Source: Geosiphon pyriformis uo1 (taxonomy: Eukaryota > Fungi > Glomeromycota). Taken from it: a DNA stretch of 64,000 nucleotides. The notes under the pieces were generated by a model. The model was not told the origin of the DNA. It worked only from the letters and a program-made list of their open reading frames with translations, and did not search any database. The stretch lies in assembly GCA_016748015.1 (NCBI GenBank), contig JAAOMT010000261.1:386394-450393 (forward strand), in the 5' to 3' direction. Positions 1 through 12,400 of this stretch are shown here, piece by piece. Numbering within the stretch: position 1 is the first letter of the stretch; each line of letters starts with the position of its first letter. The position numbers were made by a program, and so were the translations under genes.

Positions 1-24
1 AGAGACCAAAAACCTCCAGTAACA
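1..24 (+). repeat. 3' terminus of a family-1 LTR (rest lies upstream of the window)
   Basis: AGAGACCAAAAACCTCCAGTAACA is the reverse complement (1 mismatch) of the LTR terminus at 2486 (TGTTACCGGAGGTTTTTGGTCTCT) and ends in CA. Confidence 0.85.
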
Positions 25-634
25 ATATATATCAATAACAGTTAGAAAGAAAAAGACAGATCTCCCAGTTTAGATTTAATCTAAGCAATCATCCAATTCA
101 CAAATATTAATAAATAATTATTTGATATCTCAAATTCACTCTTCACTATCAACACTTCATGTTGATAATAATTGATACTTAACCATACTGGAACAATAGC
201 TCTTGATTATGGCTATTGACACAATACTAACATTCATTGCCTTGATTTATTTTTCTTTTTTTTTTTTTCTTTTTGTTATTTTTTTGTTTTACTAATTGAT
301 TGAAGATTAAGCACTAAGTTATTGACATCAAAGATAGCTTAATAAAAGATCCCAAAAAAAGGGTATAAGAATTGAGAATTTAAGGATAGCTTACCAAAAA
401 GACATCTCTGCCAGATTACCAGCCACCATGTTGAGAAAAAAATTCAACAGAATTGTAATTTTGGAAGGCTACTGGGAAGATAACAATTGAATCTCTGTTC
501 ATTATACAAAGGACTTTACCAAAATCTTCAAATACAAACAATTTACAAATATTACCAACACTCATAATTAGCTATTAAACACCAAGTTATAAGTTGATTA
601 TTTGCTTTGAGACTCCAAATAATTATCTGTAATA
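25..634 (+). repeat. Partial LTR related to the element-2 LTR family (diverged subfamily), interrupted at its TATA-like tract
   Basis: 70-260 and 570-634 align with the reverse complement of 12791-13400 (TAGATTTAATCTAAGCAATC, GATACTTAACCAyACTGGAACAATAGCTCTTGAT, CCAAATAATyAyCTGTAAyA). The terminal CA has decayed to TA. Confidence 0.85.
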
Positions 635-690
635 ATGTATTGTACTAAGTAGTATTTGGACCTTACTTGTAAAATATAATAAAAAAAAAA
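635..690 (+). mobile_element. 3' tail of a LINE copy (plus strand) with A-rich end
   Basis: ATGTATTGTACTAAGTAGTATTTGGACCTTACTT matches the conserved LINE 3' UTR end seen on the minus strand at 1180-1215, 25500-25535 and 32720-32755. Confidence 0.75.
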
Positions 691-1292
691 ATTCAAAATG
701 TTTTTTAATTATAAAAACAGCCAAATAAAATGGTATATAAAACAACATTATTATTTTTTAAAACTTGTTTTTTTTTTAAAAAAATAAATTTCGGTTTTTT
801 ATTAGTTTTATATTATTAATACCAAAAATTTCTTTTTTTTTATGTTCAAAATCTTTAATATTTTATTTTTTTGTACTAAAACTATTAATTATTATTAATA
901 ACAACATAACCAAAAAAAGTTTTTTAAAAAAATTACTTATAATTTTATTGGTAGTGGTTTTATTTAAAAGTTAAAAAAAACAAAAAAAATATAAAAAATT
1001 TTAATAATAATAAAAAATTTTTTTTTGAACAAATTATTTTTAATTAAGATTTTAAATAACTTTAATAAATATAAGAACATAAAAACTAATTTAAAATATA
1101 AATTAAATTTAAAAATAATAATAAAATTAAAACTTTTTTGAATTTTTAAACTAATATTTCTTTTTTTTATTTTTATTTAATGAGTGAAGTCCAAATACTG
1201 CTTAGTATAATACATTATACAAATGATCTAAAGTAGGTGTGAATCATGTATTTTTTACATGTAACCAGTCATTTAGATTAATCAGGACAACA

Positions 1293-2485
1293 CTAGACAC
1301 TTATATGAACAGAAACTGTGTCCTTTATAATTGAAAAAAACAAACAAGATTTACAAAATCCAAAATCTACTCCTACTGTATCAGTTATACCCAATAATTT
1401 AACTATGTCAGCTGAAAACATTGAAAAAAAATCTGATATCAGAGCAGAAATGGAACTATCATGTGGAATCAGACTGTTTTTTTTCATAAAAGCATGGTGC
1501 TTGGCATATACCAATCAAATATTCTTCCAGAACACAAGACAGAAATCATGCACAAAATCCACAATATGTTGACTTACAATCTTAGAATTTTTAAAAACTG
1601 AAACAGATTCATGATACCAATCATTAAAAACAAAACTCTTGGACAGTGCTATGCTAACTACAATGTCAGAAACACAAGTGGACAACATTTATAAAACATA
1701 AAAAAAAAAATGAAGTAAACCAGAATGCACACCCCATACAGACACATAAGTACTCAACAACTAAGCATGACCAGCAGCATTAAATGGACAAGAAAAGGCA
1801 TGGTTGGATACCTTAACATCATCACAGAACAAGCAAACCACACTGGGGTAATACTTATTATATATTCACTTATGCACAACAACAGGAAGCTGATAATGGA
1901 AAGCTTTCATGAAATATGTCTGAGAATTAATAGTTCATTTACTAATAAAACCAGCTGCCAAGTGAGAATCAGAATGCCATACCAAAAATGATTTGAGCCA
2001 ATTAATCTCTACACACATACTATCTATCATCATCTAAGAACCAGAACTAGTTTCTCAATGTACACAATTAACAGACCAAAAAATCCCTCAAATAAAATGT
2101 ATAGAATTACCAAAAATTACAATATTATTAGCCTTAAGATAACTTTTACTAATCAAATAAGGTAGATATCAATTGGAAATAGCAGCTGCTTTAGCAAACA
2201 TATCAGCTTGCTTATTCCCAGAAACACCAAAGTAATCTCTAACCTTATGCCAACTAACATCTAAATTTTTGTGATAAATAATACTTATAATATAACAATG
2301 TTTGATTGAATACCAATTCCTAAAATCCAGATAAATAGACTTTAAATTCGACCTACACACATCCAAAGCAGTCTGGCTGTCCATAAACAGGTCCACAGAA
2401 TAAGAAGGAAGAATACACTCAAGAGCCAAAGCAATAGCCTGCAGTTTTATTATAGTGGAAGACAACAGACCAGAAACCTATACAC
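1293..2485 (-). pseudogene. LINE A ORF2 C-terminal part: RNase H second half and CCHC zinc knuckle
   Basis: ORF track shows LQAIALALECI, FMDSQTALD and WHKVRDYFGVSGNKQAD (RNase H), ending VHISV*. Multiple stops. Confidence 0.88.
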
Positions 2486-3460
2486 TGTTACCGGAGGTTT
2501 TTGGTCTCTTCTTAGCTCTTGTATGTTTATTGTAATGTTGTTAATTCACGACTATGGAAAGTGTTTGAACCTCCGATAACTAAATTTTATTTTCAAATTA
2601 TTTCCTATAATTTGAACTTACTGGGCTTATAAGTAGAATGGCCAATTTCATGCCAGTTGCTTTGTGTAGTTACATTGTAGTAAATGTCAACTCTTTTCCA
2701 GAAATTGCTCATCTAGAAGCTCACTAAAAATGTGTAGTTACTTTGCTGTAAAAGTCAACTCTTCTACAGGAATTTTGTTTGTAGACTACCCTAATGATTA
2801 TAATAAGAAAATAAAAGAAATATAAAAGAAATAGAATTCTGTTAAGAGAAACATTTTCTATCCAGGTCTGGAGTCACTAACAGTTTACTGAAATTGGTAG
2901 CTAATCAATTTTAAAACATTAGTTGGGTTTTGGTAATTTTTTTTCCAAGTACAATAATTAAAGAATTTGGTTTTTCGAATTATTTGGTATTTATTTCTTT
3001 TTGTGTATGTAGGAATGGTTCTAAGTGATAAATCTAAAGTAAGATATATTTTCTCGAAGAGAAAAGCTCTTTTTTTATACAACTTGTCATAACACTATTC
3101 TATGAACTTGAACTTTGCTTTTTTCTACAATTTCGCTGAACTAAAGATACATTTTGGCAAACTACAAGTTGTTTCTGCAAACTGTTAGATATTTCGGTGA
3201 ACTATTAATTATTTTGGCAAATTTCTACAAATTTTGGCAAACTTTTGAATGTTACATATTTCGGGGTATTGCATGATTGATCATTGCACTTAGGTTACAT
3301 TTGTGTTATGTACAAATTGGATTATTAATTGATTGGTGATATTTGATAATTTGATTGAATAATAATTAATGATTTTAAAACAATAATATATGCTAATTAA
3401 TGATAGGAATTATAAGAGTAATTTCATGTTAATTAATATCTCAAATTTCGGTTGGTAACA
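2486..3460 (-). repeat. 3' LTR of element 1
   Basis: Direct repeat of 8463-9437, same length, with TG...CA termini. Confidence 0.96.
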
Positions 3461-3475
3461 TAACCTTCTTCTTAA
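3461..3475 (-). promoter_or_regulatory. Polypurine tract of element 1
   Basis: Minus strand reads CTTAAGAAGAAGGTTA immediately before the 3' LTR. Confidence 0.8.
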
Positions 3476-4148
3476 GACTGAGCTCTATCGAAGTCCAAGT
3501 ACTGTTTGTAATTTCCAGATAGTAATCCAAGATTATTGAAGAAATTTGGTCTGAAAATTTTTGAAATTCCAGTTCTGTGAGCTTTTCAATGTATTAAATC
3601 TTCAAGAGTTGTAAAATTGGGTTTTGTAGGACATTTTCACAAGTGTAAAATAGGTCATAAAGCCTAAGAGCAGCTCTTAGTTTATAGTGACTGTTTGTAG
3701 GTCCAGTTGTTGTTTTGAATTCGTTGTGGATTTGTTTCTGAATAGCTTCTTTTGTAAGATTTGCTGCTGTAAGCTCCTGTTTTTGTTCATGAAGTGTTTT
3801 TCTAATGTAGAAATATTTATATATTAAGGGGTATTTGCTGTTTTTTTCATTAAGACACAGTTGAAGTTTTTGTTGAATAGTAGCATTTGGTGGAATACTA
3901 ATAGGGGTGAGCAATAAATTTTCCCTTAAAGCAAGCTTCAAAAGTTCTGGTAAATGAATTTCAGAATAACTTCTTGTGTTCTTTTTGTAGGGGTGATAAT
4001 TTTGTAAATTTGGGGCTAAATTGGCAACTATTTCTGTTTGGGTATAATTAATATGTTTTCCTGTAATAGTAATAGATAATTCGGATATTGTCTTTAGAGC
4101 TAGCATTAATTTTTGAGATATTTGTTGAATATTTTGAGGGATAGTCAT
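3472..4148 (-). pseudogene. ORF3 of element 1 (unknown helical protein in the env position)
   Basis: 184-aa ORF 3594-4148 continues past one TAA (KI*YIEKLTELEFQKF) towards the PPT. Homologous to the degenerate ORF at 13687-14316. Confidence 0.75.
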
Positions 4149-4622
4149 TATAAAAATTTGAGTGAAAGAAAAATAGATTGAAAAATATTTTTGGTATGTG
4201 AGTTTTTATGTTTATTTTTGTCTTTTCAGTGTGTTTTGTTTTGTGAAATGATTTTTAATTTTATATGAGAATATCTATAGTAAATTTAAATTAAGTATTC
4301 AAGTTGAGAGGTTGTTCAATAACAACTCTTGGTTCTAAATTTTGGGGAATATTTTCAGGCTTAATTAAAGGGGAATGTGTACTAATTTGTGGAATTAATG
4401 GTTTAGGATTGTTTTTGGAATGATAATGTTTGGAATCAAGATTTTATGTTTCAAGCAGATTTGTTTATTGGACTCAAAAATTTGTTGTGTGGTTGTTGGC
4501 TTTAGACAGGTGTAGATTTCCAGATGTTCTTTAAAGAGTGAAATAGTAATTGGTTGTAGAAGTCATAAAATCTGGTAGGATTTACTTTGTTCATTAAGAG
4601 CTATGTTTACTGAAACTGTGAA

Positions 4623-5058
4623 TTATCTAATTGAACCAAAACCATTGGTTCCTCTTTCACTTTTTTCCAATAGTTCTCTTTGACTGACTAATTGTAAACC
4701 TGAAATGTTGATTAAGGGTAAATAAATGACTTGGGCAATTTTTTCAGCATGTTCAATCTTAAACGGCTTGTCAGTTTCGTTTTGAAGTATTACTGTTATG
4801 TCACCAGTGTATCTAGCATCGATTATTCCTCCTTTGACATTGATTCCTTTGCTTGCCAGAGAGGACTGGGAGGCGATTTGTATCATTGCTCTTGGTGAAA
4901 TTTCAAGAGCAATTTTGAGGTTGATTTTTGTGAGGAATTTGGGTTTGAGAACAAGAGTATCCTTGTCTGGATATCTTAAGTCATATCCAGCATCAATTTC
5001 ATGTGCTTTCTCGAGTTTTATTCTTTGTTCATTGTTGTGGAAGTATTTGAGTTGTAAT
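4623..5058 (-). pseudogene. dut: Trimeric dUTPase domain of element 1
   Basis: All five motifs are visible: DAGYDL, SQSSLA, GGIIDARYTGDI, KIAQ, RGTNGFGS. Confidence 0.93.
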
Positions 5059-8000
5059 GCAGGCTGATTTTTGATAAGATAGATGGGTGTTGCTCCAATT
5101 TCTTCTGTTGCTTCAGATTCTCCGAATTCAATTTCATTTTTATCATTTTTATTGGGCAGAGGAATGCTAAGAGCATAGCATTCAGGACACCACTTTTCAT
5201 CACAAGGCATAATACATTCTTCACATAGCCTAATGTTTATTTGCTCTAATTGTTGAATTTGAGCTTTTTGGGTTAAATAGGTGTGACTTGCAATTTGGTA
5301 GTAGACTTCTACTTCATCTTTATAATCGAATCCAGCTAATTCCATAGTGTATTCAATGTATTCTGTTTTCTTTATTTGATGAATATCTTCTTTAGTAGCT
5401 CTATTAATTAATGCCATTGCTAGGTCGAAAATCATTTCAGCATCATGGGGGTAGTAATAAAATTTGTTGAAAGCACTGTTATATGCTGCATTAAAAGGTG
5501 TTCCTTTTTTGACTTTTTCTGAGATTGATAAAGCATATTGGCAGGTTTGATCGCAGACTCCTCCTCTCATTGCTACATCAATCCAATTGCATTCTTCTGG
5601 TAGCATATCTCCACAAGTCAAACAAGGGGTATTGTCCCATTTTCCACTTCTTTTTATTAGATGGCCCCATTGTTCTTTGTGACAAGTCTTGCAGTAATAA
5701 CAAGTATGATTTTCATATTCTTCTTCAGGTGAAATGCAAGCTCCCATTGATGAGAGTTTCTTGTGGCAGTTCTTGCATTTGAGTGGAATGTAAGGGTGTT
5801 GTTTTCGTGGTTCTGGTTTTGAATAGAGGACATTCCATCTGGGTGTCACTGGTTCTTCTGTTTTAAAAGAATCATTTGTTGAAAAATACTGTTGTTCAGT
5901 TTTATCAGCCCAATTGGAGGTTGATCCAAGTGCCATAAATGTTTCAATGATGGGTTTTTCTCTTTCTGGTTCAAATTCAAAAGCCGGGGCTTTTTCAGAG
6001 TGTTTGTTGAATGTACCACAAGTGGCAGGTACTCGGGCATGTTGTCTTTGGTAAGAGATTTGTAGCTCTTGGGTTTTTCAGTCTAATTTTACATTGGCTT
6101 TTTAAAGCCAGTTGTTTCCAACAAGAGCTTAATACTGGGGAGCATCCATTACAAGAACTTTGACTGAAATGGTAATTCTATCAAGAGTGAATAGAAAATT
6201 GTCAATTTCTCTTACTGGAGTCTTTTTCATGCCATCGGCAGTGACGATTACTGTTTAAGCTGGTTGGTCAACATTTCTCTTTAACTGTTGCATCAACTGG
6301 TAAGTAATAATACTCCCAGCAGATCCACTATTTAAGATTAATCGAATTGGCTTTCCTTCTACTTCAGCTTCTGTATATATTGCAGTTATGGCTTTTTGCT
6401 CATTAGCTGCTACATTGCTAAGTAAGAATGGTGATTCATTTGCTTCAAATTTGAAAGGGAATATATTTGAAAGATTGGTGTTTTCAGCAATTCTGGCTGG
6501 TGGGATTGTGGTAGGAGTATAAGAAGAGTTTTGTTGTTGTGCTGCAGCTCTACCTTCTGAAAGTGCAGTATGGTAAAAATTCTGTTCTTCTGGCATCGTA
6601 AGATAACTAAGTTGAGTATGATAGTGGTTGGGTCTTGGTTGAGCTGAATTTCAGGGAACCAATTGGTTGTTCGAATTGATTCTATTGTTGTTTACTTGGT
6701 ATCGGCTTTGTGATATGAATTGATTTTGTGAAATTAATCTTTGAGCAGGCACTTAATAATGTTGTGTGGGTGGTTGTTGATATTGCTGTTGAATTGGCTG
6801 TGGGGCAGGCTGATAATAGTTACTTTGATATTGGGGTCTTGGTAGATAGTATGCTGGTAGTGGTGATTGAAAATAAGATTGCTGTAGTGGAGGGTAATGT
6901 TGATTACTCCTATTTTGTTGGTCTCGTTGTAGCTTTCACCAATCTCTTTTCCAGTAGCCAGGAATTTCACAATAATGGCAATTCTGAGACTGGTTATTAG
7001 AGGGTGATGTGAAGTTGTTTTGATTTCATCTTTGCGGTGGTTGATATCTTTGGGGTTGCTATTGTTGTTGGTTGGTGAAATAGTTTTCAACTTTTTTTGT
7101 GAGTTGGTCAATTTTCTCTTCAGCTGTTAAGCTGGTCTTTCCAATGGCTAAGTTCATGAGTTTTGTACAATTGGCTTCTTCCATGGCCATTTTATATCTC
7201 TTTGCATGCTGAATGGCAGAGTTTAAATCTTCTGGGGCATGTGGGTAAACTTTTTTAATCAGTTTATTCTTTAAACCAGCAATAAATTGATCCAAAATTT
7301 GAGCATCGGAATAATAATCGTTAGTTTCAAGTTGGCAAATTTGTCTGAGAAGTTTGTTGAATTTTCCAATATAAGTCATGACAGATTTGGAGAGTTCTTG
7401 TTTGATATTGCAAAAATGGTTTCGAAGTGTGATTAAGGTGTTGTTATCAGTGAATTGTTCTAAGAAGGCAGTTTTGAAAACTGTCCAGTCATTAAAAGGG
7501 GTGGTCAAGTTTTTGAACCATTCACCTGCTGTTCCTTTGAGAAAGTAGGGAATTGTTCTTAACATTCTGGCAGCATTCCATCCATTTGCATCTCCAGCTT
7601 TAGTAACTTGGTCAAGCCATTTTTGGGGACTGGTCTCAATGTTTTCTCTATTAAATTCAGGGATTTTTGCAATATATGCTGTCATTTCATCTTCTTTGTT
7701 TTTACTGTCTATTGATTCTTCTTCAGATATTTCAGAGTCGTTTTCTTCGTTTGCTGCTGTCTCAGAGTATTCACTTCAATTTTTAGCTAGAAAGTCAAAG
7801 AGATTGGAACTAGTTTGAAGAGGTTCTTGTTGTCTGGTGGGGCTTCCAGATAATGTAAAATCTTCTAGTCTTGCGAATCGATTTAAGGGTAAATTAGGTG
7901 TTTGTGTTTGTGCAAGTGAAGCTGGAAAAGGTGTAATAGTAAGTGGAAGTTTTGAACTGGTTCTTTGTTCAGGTGTTTGTAAGTGTTTGGCAGTTGTTTT

Positions 8001-8417
8001 TGGTAGTATTGGAGTATTTGGGGTGGTTTTTGAGTATTGCTTCAATTTTTGTTTGCTTTTGTTGCTTGTTTCTGTCTTTGATCCAAAGTCAATAGAGTAT
8101 TGAGACTGTACTGAATATGTTTCTTCACAGTACTTGATAATATTAAAATTAAGTTCTTGAAAGTAAGTGGCAAGTGTTTTGCTGTTAAGGTCTTCAGTTT
8201 CCAACTGTGAATAATGTACTAAATTATTGTAAAGGTTGCTTCTAACTTTTAAGATATTGTAATTTCCAAAAAAATAATTGTTGATGCGGTTTTCAATATA
8301 TTGGTATACTAATTTCTTGACAACTTCAATTCCGTCTGAAATGTTGAATCTTTGCTTGCAGTGGGTGTAAATTGACTGGTAATACTCTAGAGTTGTTGCA
8401 TCTAGTGTGGTCATCAC
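4623..8417 (-). pseudogene. Element 1 polyprotein: N-terminal extension, Gag capsid, zinc knuckle, aspartic protease, Cys-rich domain, dUTPase
   Basis: ORFs 7776-8417, 7059-7685, 6255-6596 and 4623-5936 share one frame, separated by stops. Motifs: retrotransposon-gag WLDQV...FLKGTAGEWF, knuckle CHYCEIPGYWKRDW, protease LILNSGSAGS (D>N). Confidence 0.9.
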
Positions 8418-8442
8418 TTTGAAGTTGGTTTTGCTGTGTTGT

Positions 8443-8460
8443 TTCCGTAAGAGAGCACCA
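8443..8460 (-). promoter_or_regulatory. Primer-binding site of element 1
   Basis: TGGTGCTCTCTTACGGAA lies 2 nt after the 5' LTR and is complementary to a tRNA ending ...GAGAGCACCA. Confidence 0.85.
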
Positions 8461-8462
8461 AA

Positions 8463-9437
8463 TGTTACCAGAGGTTTTTGGTCTCTTCTTAGCTCTTGTA
8501 TGTTTGTTGTAATGCTGTTAATTTACAACTATGGGAAGTGTTTGAACCTCTGATAACTGAATTTTATCTTCAAATTTTTTCTTATAATTTGAACTTACTG
8601 AACTTATAAGTGGAATGATCAATTCCATGCCAGTTGCTTTGTGTAGTTACGTTGTAGTAAATGTCAACTCTTTTTCAGGAATTGCTCATTTGGAAGCTCA
8701 CTAAAAATGTGTAGTTACTTTGTTGTGAAAGTCAACTCTTCTACAGGAATCTTGTCTGTAGGCTACCCTAATGATTATAATAAGAAAATAAAAGAAATGT
8801 AAAAGAAATAGAATTCTGTTAAGAGAAACGTTTTCTATTCAGGCCTGGAGTCACTAACAGTTTACTGAAATTGGTAGCTAATTAATTTCAAAACATTAGT
8901 TGGGTTTTGGGAATTTTTTTTCCAAGTACAATAATTAAAGAATTTGGTTTTTCTAATTATTTGGTATTTATTTCTTTTTGTGTGTGTAGGAATGGTTCTA
9001 AATGATAAATCTAAAATAAGATATATTTTCTTGAAGAGAGAAGCTCTTCTTTTATACAACTTGTTGTAACACTATTCTATGAACTTGAACTTTGCTTTTT
9101 TTTACAATTTCACTAAACTAAAGATACATTTCGGCAAACTACAAGTTGTTTCTGCAAACTGTTAGATATTTCGGTGAACTATCAATTATTTCGGCAAATT
9201 TCTACAAATTTTGGCGAACTTTTGAATGTTACATATTTTGGGGTATTGCATAATTAATCATCGCACTTAGATTACATTTGTGTTATGTACAAATTGGATT
9301 ATTAATTGATTGGTGATATTTGATAATTTGATTAAATAATAATTAATGATTTTGAAACAATAATATATGCTAATTAATGATAAGAATTATAAGAATAATT
9401 TCATGTTAATTAATATCTCAAATTTCTGTTGGTAACA
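8463..9437 (-). repeat. 5' LTR of element 1
   Basis: Direct repeat of 2486-3460, adjacent to the PBS. Confidence 0.96.
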
Positions 9438-9441
9438 ACAC

Positions 9442-12400
9442 CCAAACCCAAATTAATGTCCTCAAAAAAAACAGCAGCACCAGTCTTTACACTGAGAGTT
9501 CCCAAGCCACTTAAAGATCCATCTATATAGACAGAAAGATGACCCACATTAGCATGCAGCAAATTGTCTTTGATGACATCAAATTCATAAAACTGCAAAA
9601 TATCCAAAGAATCGTGATCATCTAAAAGTGGAAAACTGATAGAAAAAACAGTAACACAACCAAAAAATCAAACAGAAAGTTCAAACCAAATGAGAACAGA
9701 GCTATAGGAGTCCAACCACTTCCACTGTTTAAAGGTTTTCCACTTAAAAACAGCACCATTTTGGTCACACAGCTGATCCATTAAAGCAATACTATAATGT
9801 TAAAGTAAAAAAACACACTTAAGATAAGTTGACTTACAAAGGACAAGAAACATAGAAGTTCCACCCCAAAGACGAAAAGCACTGACTAAAAAGTTGCCCA
9901 AGGACAAATTATACTCTAAAAATATGCACACTATACCCACCAAAAAGTTATTCAAAAGGTTAACACTGACATGAACTAGGAACTATAAAAGATAAAGTGA
10001 ATGCCAGCTGAGGACCTGAAAATCATGTAATCTATAAGAAAATAACTTGTCTAGAATACCAACTAAATTTATAAAAGAAACAACTGAGGCCAATTTGCTT
10101 TCAGTCTGAACTTGTTTAAACATCTTCAAACTATACAAAGAGAAATGATAGATCACATTATTGGGAAAATCAAGTGGTAGACCAAACTTAGATTTCAAGC
10201 TTTTGTGAATAAAAACATCCCATTTATTACACACATCAATAGAAATGAAGCTGAATTGAGTTCTATAACTTATGATCAGATGAAAGACTGCAGACACCAA
10301 GTACACAAACTGTTTATTTGAGATCACTTTTTTCAAAACAAGATTGACAAAAAATCGAACATCTAAATAAGCCTTAGTCATGCTAGGTTTCGACAAACCC
10401 TTAAAGAACAAAAAAATATCCAGTTAGTGGTGCAACTTTTCTTTTTTGGCAACAGAAATGGACAAGCCACTGATAATTAGATAAGGGTCTTTGACCTGAC
10501 AGTTGATAGGGATGATCACAGTCTTGTCATTATTGATAGAAATATTATTAAACTAAAAAAATTCACTTGTAATATTAAGAATATGTTGTGTAGCAGCTTG
10601 GCTACTACCAACTCAGATCATATCATCGACAAAAGCACCAGTAGTAAAAAATGAGGTCAACCCAGTCTAAGATTCTACTCTGCCAGTTTTGGAAATAAAA
10701 TGAGAATTCAACTTATAACCACATATACTTTCTTGTCTTTTAATTTTACACAGAAGTAAATTATAGAATATGTGCCACAGAAGAGGTAAGAAAACTTTCT
10801 TTTGATCCAACTTATTATGAACAAGGTACCCACCAATCAGGCCAAAATCTGTCATTACTTTGTTAATATGATCATTGTAAAGACCTCCAAAAAATCTAAT
10901 AAATTTGTTACTTATCTTAATTCTTGTTAAACTCCTCCTGAAATGTTTCCAACCAACAGAGTCATAAGCCTTATGCATGTTTTACAAAACCAGCCAAAAT
11001 TCATGATTTTTCTCCAAAACATCTTCAATAACAGAACCAACAGCAAAAATAGGAGATTGTGTCATTGTATCCCTTAAAACTAAAAAGTTATTCTCATAAA
11101 GAACATTAAAAGTGCTACAAGCCAGAGAAATTCTGTCAGAAAAAATCTTAGAAAGAATCTTGTGGGCTGTTTTAATCAGAGCAATAGAACAGGTATTTGT
11201 AAAAACACTCTCTCATTCATAAAATTTGGGAATTATTAAGACTTAAACTTCTTTTTAAGACCTAGGCACTGATTCACAAGTCAAATAAAAGTTCAAAAGC
11301 ACCAACAGCATATTTAACACTAACTTGTCACAATGCTTTCACAACTCATTTGAGATGCCAAAAAGACCAGCTGCTTTCTTATCTGGCAGATTTAAAACCA
11401 CAGCAGACATTTTATCAAACTCTATTAGACACATCACATCAGTAAAGGCACTATTAAAAACATAATTTAAAGACCAATATTGGTGAGACCAATTATTAGT
11501 AATGTCAGATACCACTTTATACTTTTTAGTCCATCCCTCCATAATCAAATCCACTTTAGACTTAACTAAATCTGGCTCCAGTACCAATTCATTATCCACA
11601 ACCAAATAATCCAGTATTACCTTACAAAAAAGATGCTCCAAAACACTTTTGATAATATAACTCTTGTCCAATTCGAAATTTTCTATCCTTTTATTAATAA
11701 CTGCCTTAATACAGAACTCTTTTGCATGCTCTAACTCCATTATTTTAGAAAAACAGTAAGACTTCCTTGTCTTAGCCAAAACCAAGCAAATTGTATCAAA
11801 ATTAAATCCCAAAAGAAACAAAGATTTTACTGTCAATGCACCAGCTGTGTCAAGTCCATCTTATGCATCCAACAATGCTGTAAAATTCTCACTAAAAACC
11901 AAATGGGAAGCCTTAACCAACCTGAACACCAACAACTTCAGTTTATAAAACTTAGAAGACTCTTTGGTGAAAATCTCATCATAATTTTTAAACCATTTCC
12001 TTTTAAATATCTTATTAGCCAAAAGAATCATTGTTTTGCAAATGACATCTCACATTGCACCCAGATCTAAATACTTCATAGAAACTGTAAACTTACTAGA
12101 GAACATCACTGCATTGGCTGCTGTAACATCTTTGAAATTGTTCTATTTTGTATTATCAACACCCTTAAAATCAAATTTCCAATGGTTTTTATTAGCTTAC
12201 TTGTGAAAAAAGTTTAACTGCATATCCAAAAGTCCACCCAAATCTACAGACACAAAGACTGCTTGGTGATCAGTGTTAAAATGTTCACTAACATCCAAAA
12301 TATTATGACCTACTACTACATTAACCAAATTATAAGAAACAAATAAATAGTTTATTGTTTTTTTGGCACTTCTAGAATTTTTCCATGTAGAACTTCTTGC

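Larger units (their letters stand above)
2486..9437 (-). mobile_element. Ty3/gypsy-type LTR element 1, non-autonomous (RT-RH-IN deleted), 6952 bp
   Basis: Two 975-bp LTRs with TGTTACC...GGTAACA ends, 4-bp TSD ACAC (2482-2485 and 9438-9441), PBS, PPT and a gag-PR-dUTPase frame. Confidence 0.95.

Noticed and set aside
2885-3082. 65-aa ORF present in both element-1 LTRs (also 8862-9059)
   Set aside because: It starts with TTG at the TATA-like box, its duplication is explained by LTR identity, and the rest of this LTR has shared TAA/TAG stops.
3594-4148. ORF3 as an envelope gene
   Set aside because: No signal peptide, transmembrane helix or furin/fusion motif, and it is too short.
4623-5058. 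dUTPase as a host gene or bacterial/endosymbiont insert
   Set aside because: It is in frame within the polyprotein at the same position in two LTR families.
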